A DNA stretch of 13,390 nt, from positions 1 to 13,390 of the forward strand of contig JBKHVI010000064.1 of NCBI GenBank assembly GCA_046570105.1, in the 5' to 3' direction. The notes below the pieces were generated by a model. The model was not told the origin of the DNA and ran no database searches. It was given only the letters and a program-made list of their open reading frames with translations. Position 1 is the stretch's first letter, and each line of letters starts with the position of its first letter. Shown one piece after another: positions 7,052-13,390 of the stretch. This stretch comes from Bacteriovoracia bacterium. Lineage in GTDB: Bacteria; Bdellovibrionota; Bacteriovoracia; Bacteriovoracales; Bacteriovoracaceae. The position numbers were made by a program, and so were the translations under genes.

Positions 7052-8971
7052 ATGACTTTGTACGAAGTGGTAGATTCCTTTCTATTTTATGGCTGCAATG
7101 GGTTCATCCTCTTATTTTGCTTCATTCAATGGAAACAATTAAGAAGCAGAACAAGAGAGATTAGATTTGAGCTTTCGGAAGCGAATAAGCTGTTTTCCAA
7201 AGAAAACCCTAGAAAGTATTTTGCAGAAGAGTATGAGTCGATACATAAAAATTTACTTTCTAATAAGACATTAAGTCATAAGTGGCATGAGTTCACAGAA
7301 CATTTAATCTACCCTGGGCCGAGGGATAAAGATCAAGTCTTTATGAACTCAATTATGCCCTCTAGCTTCTTTTCTAGTGAAACCTTATTGCCTCAAAGAC
7401 TCGATTTAAGATGGATCAATTCTGTTCCAGGAAAGATTACTGCCCTCGGAATCTTGGGAACATTTATTGGTCTGAGCTTTGGAGTTTATTTAGCGCAGGC
7501 GAAACTTGTTGGAGGTACTTCTGAGGAGATGATGAAGGGACTCCAATACTTGCTTTCTGGAGCTTCTCTGGCTTTTGTTACCTCTCTTCTTGGTATCATA
7601 GGGTCACTATTTTATTCAGCCTACGAAAAGAAAATATTGAATGAGATCGATTCCTCCATTAATGATTTTTGTGACAATCTTGAGAAAGCTCTAAAATTTC
7701 TTACAAAAGAACAATTAGCTAGAGATCAGCTCAGTATTCAGCAAGAGCAGTTGAAGGTTTTGGAATCATTCAGTAACGACTTAGCAATTTCTATAGGTAA
7801 CACACTTGATTCAAAATTCTCTGGACAGATATCCGGTGGATTTCAAAACCTCGTAAGTTCCATTGAATCACTAAAAGAAGTTCAAGCCGATTTTAGCAAT
7901 GATCTTATGAAAAGCCTGGCTGACAAACTCTCAGGAGGCCTGTCTTCAATGGCTGACGAGAAAAAGAATGATGCGATGTCAGCATTGAAATATATGCAGG
8001 AAAGCATGGTGAGCCAAATGGAGAAAATGCTCGCTTCTCAGGATGAGATGCAGAAAACCACAAAGTTACTAGTTAGTGAAATTTCAACCAGTCTAATGAG
8101 TGGGCAAACTAAAATAAACGAAGAATTAATTGGTACTGTGTCTAAGTTGCAGCAAAACTTTTTGGATTTATCAACATCTCTGACTTCCAAGGTAGAGTCT
8201 TCACTTGAAGGGGTTTCAAGCAAGATGGAAGAACTCAACATCAAGATGTCGAACTCTCAAGCCGAATCAATGAGAGCATTTGAGACATTGATGACGAGAG
8301 TCTCAGAGAATCTCGTCAAGGCCTCAGAAGTAAGTTCTCAGGCAATGGTTGGTAACATAAACACTTCTGCAAACAAGATGGGCGAGACGGTAGAGATGCT
8401 AAATAGATCTCTCAAGTCTTCAGCTGAAATGACTTCTGAGTCATTGAATGCCATGTTCAAGGGTCTAAATACGTCCGTAGACAAGTTTGGGGAAAATGTT
8501 ATCGATCTGAATAGGTACATAGAGAAGAATAAAGAAGTAGCTGCGCTATCAGGGAAAACAGCGGAAACCTATAAAGAAATTGTAATTGCTAACAAAGTCG
8601 TTGGAGAACAGTTCGGTGCAGCGGCTGCAAGAGTGAATGAATTCTCTTCAAACATTTTAGGGCTGACCAAAACCTTAGCTGCATTCTCTTCAGATATGCA
8701 GTCATCGATTGTGAAAATCAAGGAAGTTAATGAGGTGAGTGCGAAAACGTGGGAAAATTATTCAGCAAGATTTGAAGGCGTGGATACCGCTCTCAGTGAA
8801 GCATTTGGTAAGCTAGAGGAAGGTACTCGAGAATATAATAAAATACTCCACTCTTATGTGACTGAGCTTTCAGCTTCATCTGACAGCATCGTTGGTAGAT
8901 TTGCAGATGCCGTTGAAGAATTAGAGTTAGTCTTCAATTCTGTTAGTGAGGCGAAGACAAAGAGATCGTAA
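7052..8971 (+). CDS. zorA: Zorya ZorA (MotA-like membrane domain plus long alpha-helical tail), about 639 aa
   Basis: Three TM segments, including VPGKITALGILGTFIGLSFG and GASLAFVTSLLGIIGSL (MotA/ExbB-like). These are followed by about 450 aa of proline-free S/E/K/M-rich helical sequence. ATG 7052 with GGAG at 7043-7046 is preferred over TTG 6932. Lies directly upstream of a MotB/OmpA gene. Confidence 0.9.
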   Translation: MTLYEVVDSFLFYGCNGFILLFCFIQWKQLRSRTREIRFELSEANKLFSKENPRKYFAEEYESIHKNLLSNKTLSHKWHEFTEHLIYPGPRDKDQVFMNSIMPSSFFSSETLLPQRLDLRWINSVPGKITALGILGTFIGLSFGVYLAQAKLVGGTSEEMMKGLQYLLSGASLAFVTSLLGIIGSLFYSAYEKKILNEIDSSINDFCDNLEKALKFLTKEQLARDQLSIQQEQLKVLESFSNDLAISIGNTLDSKFSGQISGGFQNLVSSIESLKEVQADFSNDLMKSLADKLSGGLSSMADEKKNDAMSALKYMQESMVSQMEKMLASQDEMQKTTKLLVSEISTSLMSGQTKINEELIGTVSKLQQNFLDLSTSLTSKVESSLEGVSSKMEELNIKMSNSQAESMRAFETLMTRVSENLVKASEVSSQAMVGNINTSANKMGETVEMLNRSLKSSAEMTSESLNAMFKGLNTSVDKFGENVIDLNRYIEKNKEVAALSGKTAETYKEIVIANKVVGEQFGAAAARVNEFSSNILGLTKTLAAFSSDMQSSIVKIKEVNEVSAKTWENYSARFEGVDTALSEAFGKLEEGTREYNKILHSYVTELSASSDSIVGRFADAVEELELVFNSVSEAKTKRS

Positions 8972-8974
8972 TCT

Positions 8975-9739
8975 ATGGCAAATAAGCATGGTGAAGCTGA
9001 AAATTACCAGGGCAGTATCTCCGACCTCATGGCCGGGCTAACTTTTATCTTTATAATCACTTGTATGGTTTTCATGATTAAGCTGAAAGAAGCTGAGAAG
9101 AATGAAAGCAAAATCAAGGAAGAGGCAGGAGAATATGCAAAAGTAAGGGCCGAATTACTGGACACACTTCGAAAAGAGCTAAAGTCAGATGTCCAGGTTC
9201 ATGTAGATTTTGAAAATGGAATCTTGAGGCTTCAAGATGGAAAGAACCCATTCTTTCTACAGGGTGAGCACAAGCTTACAGAGCATGGTCGAGAAGTTGT
9301 GACAAAAATAGCTTCAAGACTAAGACTATTCTTAAATTGCAAAGAATCACCTATTCAAAAGATCTGCGACAATAATGGTGGCCTAAAGGTTGAAAATATC
9401 TTTATTGAGGGTCATGCAGACCAAGCCCCATTAGAAGGGCAGCGAAAACAAGTTTACGAAGATAATCTTGGCCTCTCTTCCCAACGAGCGAAATATGCGT
9501 ATGGGATATTCCGAGAAGTATTCAATGACGATGGACTCAAAAGTCTTCGTAACCAAAACAATGAGAGCATCCTAAATATTTCTGCATATGGTGACACTAG
9601 ATTAATTCGAAGCGAGCCAAACTATATTGATTTGCCATCAGACCAAAAGCGGTTAATCGATAAGGAGAATAGACGTATAGATCTCAGATTCATTATGCAT
9701 CAGCCTCTAAATCTTAGGGGGCTTAGCAGTGAAGGCTAG
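8975..9739 (+). CDS. zorB: Zorya ZorB (MotB/OmpA-like peptidoglycan-binding protein)
   Basis: Single TM with the conserved Asp (SISDLMAGLTFIFII). OmpA-like motifs IEGHAD, DNLGLSSQRA, SAYGDTR and ENRRIDLRF. Starts 3 nt after the zorA stop. Confidence 0.92.
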   Translation: MANKHGEAENYQGSISDLMAGLTFIFIITCMVFMIKLKEAEKNESKIKEEAGEYAKVRAELLDTLRKELKSDVQVHVDFENGILRLQDGKNPFFLQGEHKLTEHGREVVTKIASRLRLFLNCKESPIQKICDNNGGLKVENIFIEGHADQAPLEGQRKQVYEDNLGLSSQRAKYAYGIFREVFNDDGLKSLRNQNNESILNISAYGDTRLIRSEPNYIDLPSDQKRLIDKENRRIDLRFIMHQPLNLRGLSSEG

Positions 9740-11129
9740 CTTTAAAGATAAACTGAATGCCTTTAATCATCCGCGATCCAGAGTTGACGATCCCCTAATC
9801 AAGTTTCGCACAACAGCAAATGAATTTAATCTTAGACTTTCAAAATACAAGGTTCGAAATACCCTGTCTAACCAAGTGAACTTGGTCAATATGCATCTCG
9901 AATTTCGAGATCTATGTAGCAGGGGAAAACTGTTTCCCGAATTCCCTGCTAACCTCAAAAGATATTTGCATTTGTATTTTTGCTATGACTCTGGAGGATT
10001 CAATATATCCAGGGATCAATCTGTTTGTGACCAGGTTTTCCAATATATCGAGACTCAAAAGGACTTTAGGTTAGCCAGAAAGCTTGCAATGGCAATGTTG
10101 AAGGAATACGACCTTAAAAACCCTGAGTTCTATGTGTATTTAGATTATCTCAAAAGACTTCTTTCAGAGTCTAGAGCTGCTTCAGTTACAAGACTCCTTA
10201 AGCGAGACGAGGATTTTAAGATTCTATCTCCTTCTGGGCCCGATATTATAGTTAAGTCTATCTTGGAATCAAGTGAATCCGTTTCCATTTTAAGAGATAG
10301 GATAGGAATTTCAGGTGACCTCGGGAGGGTAGGACTTGGTTTGCATGTAGTGGATAAGTTTTCTACTATGGTCACTGAAGATTTAAAGGCAGGACGTTTT
10401 AATTCCTTATCCAGGTATTTCAACTTAGTAACTGATTCTGGAAAGCTGTTTGCTCCCGAACGCTCGGGCGTAATCGGCACAACTTTACTTTCTCCATTTC
10501 TAAACAATGACCCCTCAGAAGATATAAAATCAAAACTTATCGTGTTCTTTGATACCTATTTTGGCGACCCTCGAACAAAAAATGAGCTGTGGCTCAAAAT
10601 CGACCCAGGTCTCAAAAAAGTCATTCTAAGGTGGAAGGTTGGTCTGACCTTAAAGGCATTTTTTGGAATCATTGAATATGCTGCCAAAACAGACAAGGAT
10701 GCCGACCGAATGTGGAAATACAGAAAAATATTTTGGAATGCCTACTTAGAGGAAAAACATATTGTAGAGGCCTGGGTTTTGTTAGGCACTGTTGCCTACG
10801 AGGGCAGAAATAATTACATTGAAAAAGGAATTCCGTTCGGAAGGGTTAAAGGTGGTCAGCCTAATCATAGTGCGATCCTAATGAAAATTGGGTCTTTAAC
10901 AATTTGTGAGTGGTCCCATAGTGGGGCGATTCGCATATGGGAAGAAGGAAATCCTAAGGCACCTTCTTTGTACAATGATTCTTACCATAAGGATGAGCTA
11001 ATCAAAGGTGCTGATGTAGATGTCGCACACTTTGGTTCGGAGGTTTCTCGATGGCAAGATACCATTGCAGAAGCAATATATGATTTAATTAGAGTTAGGG
11101 TGGATAAGTGGAAGTACTTCAAGAAATGA
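9729..11129 (+). CDS. zorC: Zorya ZorC (EH-signature domain protein)
   Basis: YFGDPR..NELW, RMWKYRKIFWNAYL, EAWVLLG and ICEWSHSGAIRIW (E-x2-H signature). GTG start overlaps zorB by 11 bp. Third gene of the operon. Confidence 0.88.
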   Translation: MKASFKDKLNAFNHPRSRVDDPLIKFRTTANEFNLRLSKYKVRNTLSNQVNLVNMHLEFRDLCSRGKLFPEFPANLKRYLHLYFCYDSGGFNISRDQSVCDQVFQYIETQKDFRLARKLAMAMLKEYDLKNPEFYVYLDYLKRLLSESRAASVTRLLKRDEDFKILSPSGPDIIVKSILESSESVSILRDRIGISGDLGRVGLGLHVVDKFSTMVTEDLKAGRFNSLSRYFNLVTDSGKLFAPERSGVIGTTLLSPFLNNDPSEDIKSKLIVFFDTYFGDPRTKNELWLKIDPGLKKVILRWKVGLTLKAFFGIIEYAAKTDKDADRMWKYRKIFWNAYLEEKHIVEAWVLLGTVAYEGRNNYIEKGIPFGRVKGGQPNHSAILMKIGSLTICEWSHSGAIRIWEEGNPKAPSLYNDSYHKDELIKGADVDVAHFGSEVSRWQDTIAEAIYDLIRVRVDKWKYFKK

Positions 11130-13390
11130 TTACATTTCAATATTCGGATAACTATTTTGTCTTTACTACTGATGGCCTAGAAATAAATGACTGGGCATCA
11201 AAAGCGCATAGCGGGCTTAATTATCTTATTGGGCTTCTTAGTGAGGACCTTGCTGAAGTTCAAACGATAAATTCTGTAAAAGTTCATGAGTCCCACATAG
11301 CGCGGTTGCCTTCATCAATCCTTGGAGCGCTAAATCTTCCTGAGGTATCACCATATACTCTAAAAATTCAAACTTCTGGGAGTATTCTAAGGAACAACTT
11401 CGATATTGCTTATCAATTGCTGTCCGAGAACGGACCTGCTATTGGGGTTGAAGTTGAAGGGTGCTTTTTACGAAAGGGGACTAAGAAGTTTATAATTTCT
11501 GAGCCGTATTATAGTTCAATCACTCTTATAAACAAGTTCCAATCTGTGAATGATTTAAGCACTAAGCTCTCTCTCCTAAAAGAGCTTAAGTCAATACTTC
11601 CTCCAGAAGTGTTCACGGACGATGAGAGATTGAAGAGTTTTAATTTAATACGAGCATCAAAAGTTACAATTGATGTTAAAGATGACTCAGAGTTTTTATT
11701 GGCGCCAGAGTTCGTACTTCCGTCTGATCCAGACTCGAGTCTTCTTGCTCCATCTGCGAATGAGTCGATTAAGACTCAGTTCAACAAATTGAGTGCGTGT
11801 TCCAATATTTACCAAATTTCTCATAACACTTTTTTGATTCTTGATCCTATTGTCTTTGAAATCTGCAAGGAAATTAAATCAGCTAATCATAAGACAAGGG
11901 CAGAAAGGTTAAGTTTCTATTACACACCCCAAAGGTACTTAAAAGAGTCTCTGAAAGGGATTTCTTCAGAGCAGTTGGATGATGTGTTTGCCGAAAGCCA
12001 ATTTTTCATATCAAAAAGAATTACTCATATTGGTATTTGGGAGCCTAAAATTCATGCTTTTATCCCTAAATCGGGAAATAATTGGATACCGAAGGATCTG
12101 ATCACTATCCAGGCGGGTGAGCAGCTTGTTTCCGTTGATCCAGACAAGATTGAAGAGGCGATAAAGAAAATTGAAGCTGCTAAAGCCGAAGGGAAAGAAA
12201 CTGTAACTATTAATGGAACAACCGTTAAAATAACTGACGACTTAATTGATGCTTTTACATCCACTAACAATGCCATTCTTAATATTTCTCCCCCTAAAGA
12301 AAAAGGCGGGCCAGATTTCAATCCACCAAAAAGTGCTAAGGAAAAAATACGTTTAGCCGCAATTGTAAAAGATAATATTGGGGATGACTGCTATGAAGAG
12401 GTTGGGAGAACCAAACGAAATCTAAATAAAGAACTGCCATCAGCGCTCAAAACCAATAGTCTTTTTGATTATCAGCAAATTGGAATAGCTTGGCTTCAGG
12501 AATCGTTTAATCAAGGCAAGCGAGGTGTTATTTTAGCTGATGATATGGGCTTAGGTAAAAGCCTTCAATGCCTTGCATTTCTAGCATGGTTAAAAGATAG
12601 GATTGCGAGTGGAAGTCTGGTGAGAAAACCTATTTTGATTGTGGGACCGACTGGTTTGCTTCAAAACTGGAAGGATGAGCACTCAAAGCATTTACACCAT
12701 CCTGGTCTTGGTATGGGAATAGATGCGTTCGGGGATAGTTTTAGAAAGCTCCGTGAATTGTCTTATCGAGAAGTCGTCCGAAAGCTTTCATCTTCAGACT
12801 GGGTCTTAACAACGTATGATACCCTCCGAGATCAAGAAAGGTATTTTCGTGCCGTGGATTGGTTGGTTATTGTATTTGATGAATCACAAGCAATAAAGAA
12901 CCCTAGCTCATTAAAAACTGACATGGCCAAGGCCATGGCGGCAGACTTCTCTATCGCAGTTACAGGTACCCCGGTAGAAAACACTTTGTGCGATCTATGG
13001 TGTATAGCAGACACTGTTTTTCCAGGGAAGCTTGGATTATATAAAGCATTTCAAGAAAGGTATGAAAAAACCAATGAGAATCTAAAAGAGCTTAAACAGT
13101 TGGTGGTTGATGAGCTGCCGTCCTTTATGCTCAGACGCTTAAAGGTGGATAACCTCAAGGGGTTGCCTGCTAGAGAATTTGTTGTCCGAAATTCTGAAAT
13201 GCCTCCTGACCAAGCTAGAGACTATCAAAAAGTTATTGATGATTTTAAGGCTGGAAAATACAAAAACTCTAAGTTTCAAGTCATCCATGACCTAAAAAGA
13301 ACATCCTTGTATGATTTTAAAAAACTGGATGCTGATTTTGAGCACCATCTTAAATACTCCGGGAGGCTCCAACTTCTAATATCTGTCCTA
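11126..13390 (+). CDS. zorD: Zorya ZorD (SNF2-family helicase/ATPase), 3' end outside the window
   Basis: Not in the ORF track because it has no stop in the window. ATG 11126 overlaps the zorC stop (ATGA) and reads MITFQYSDNYFVFTTDGLEINDW... In the same frame are LFDYQQIGIAWL, GVILADDMGLGKSLQ (around 12525-12570), IVGPTGLLQNWKDE, LTTYDTLR, VFDESQAIKNP (around 12870-12905), VTGTPVENTLCDLW and FMLRRLK. At least 755 codons. Confidence 0.9.
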   Translation, partial: MITFQYSDNYFVFTTDGLEINDWASKAHSGLNYLIGLLSEDLAEVQTINSVKVHESHIARLPSSILGALNLPEVSPYTLKIQTSGSILRNNFDIAYQLLSENGPAIGVEVEGCFLRKGTKKFIISEPYYSSITLINKFQSVNDLSTKLSLLKELKSILPPEVFTDDERLKSFNLIRASKVTIDVKDDSEFLLAPEFVLPSDPDSSLLAPSANESIKTQFNKLSACSNIYQISHNTFLILDPIVFEICKEIKSANHKTRAERLSFYYTPQRYLKESLKGISSEQLDDVFAESQFFISKRITHIGIWEPKIHAFIPKSGNNWIPKDLITIQAGEQLVSVDPDKIEEAIKKIEAAKAEGKETVTINGTTVKITDDLIDAFTSTNNAILNISPPKEKGGPDFNPPKSAKEKIRLAAIVKDNIGDDCYEEVGRTKRNLNKELPSALKTNSLFDYQQIGIAWLQESFNQGKRGVILADDMGLGKSLQCLAFLAWLKDRIASGSLVRKPILIVGPTGLLQNWKDEHSKHLHHPGLGMGIDAFGDSFRKLRELSYREVVRKLSSSDWVLTTYDTLRDQERYFRAVDWLVIVFDESQAIKNPSSLKTDMAKAMAADFSIAVTGTPVENTLCDLWCIADTVFPGKLGLYKAFQERYEKTNENLKELKQLVVDELPSFMLRRLKVDNLKGLPAREFVVRNSEMPPDQARDYQKVIDDFKAGKYKNSKFQVIHDLKRTSLYDFKKLDADFEHHLKYSGRLQLLISVL

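Noticed and set aside
7052..9739. Flagellar stator motAB or a methyl-accepting chemotaxis protein
   Set aside because: The long tail on the MotA-like protein, the coupled EH-signature and SNF2 genes, and the absence of flagellar genes fit Zorya better.
5399..10133. Exact 15-bp match AACCCTGAGTTCTAT at 5399-5413 (helicase) and 10119-10133 (zorC), both encoding NPEFY
   Set aside because: One 15-mer match in 13 kb of AT-rich DNA is plausible by chance. Both copies are inside intact genes and the flanks are unrelated.
1189..13014. Short ORF-track entries antisense to or nested in the main genes (e.g. 1189-1407, 1564-1767, 1805-2032, 2884-3075, 3432-3635, 3629-3817, 4035-4268, 4707-4928, 5193-5447, 6747-6959, 8038-8244, 8338-8520, 9767-9958, 10145-10507, 12052-12321, 12832-13014)
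   Set aside because: Most are shadow ORFs of well-supported genes, and none has a recognisable motif. The last two lie opposite zorD. 6747-6959 is intergenic but has no RBS or domain support.

Overview
This AT-rich window looks like the cargo-bearing part of a mobilisable or integrative element, i.e. a defence island. Minus strand, left end: a VirD4/TraD-type coupling protein (likely start 2108), overlapped by a MOBC/Replic_Relax-type relaxase (588 to beyond position 1) that the ORF track missed. A ~510-bp divergent spacer holds a 27-bp-arm inverted repeat, two TGATACAAA-N8-TTTGTATCA palindromes and a perfect extended -10 box. Plus strand: an XRE-HTH/HipA (hipBA-like) pair, followed 3 nt later by an AEP primase (TOTE-type)/SF2 helicase fusion. 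The natural 5' end of that fusion (ATG 4279) is frameshifted by a 16-bp tandem duplication. Next comes a type I Zorya operon (zorA, zorB, zorC and a partial zorD starting at 11126, also absent from the ORF track). The best leads are the apparent hipB-hipA-primase/helicase three-gene operon and the slippage-type duplication that may switch its third gene. All family calls come from reading motifs by eye; no database searches were run.
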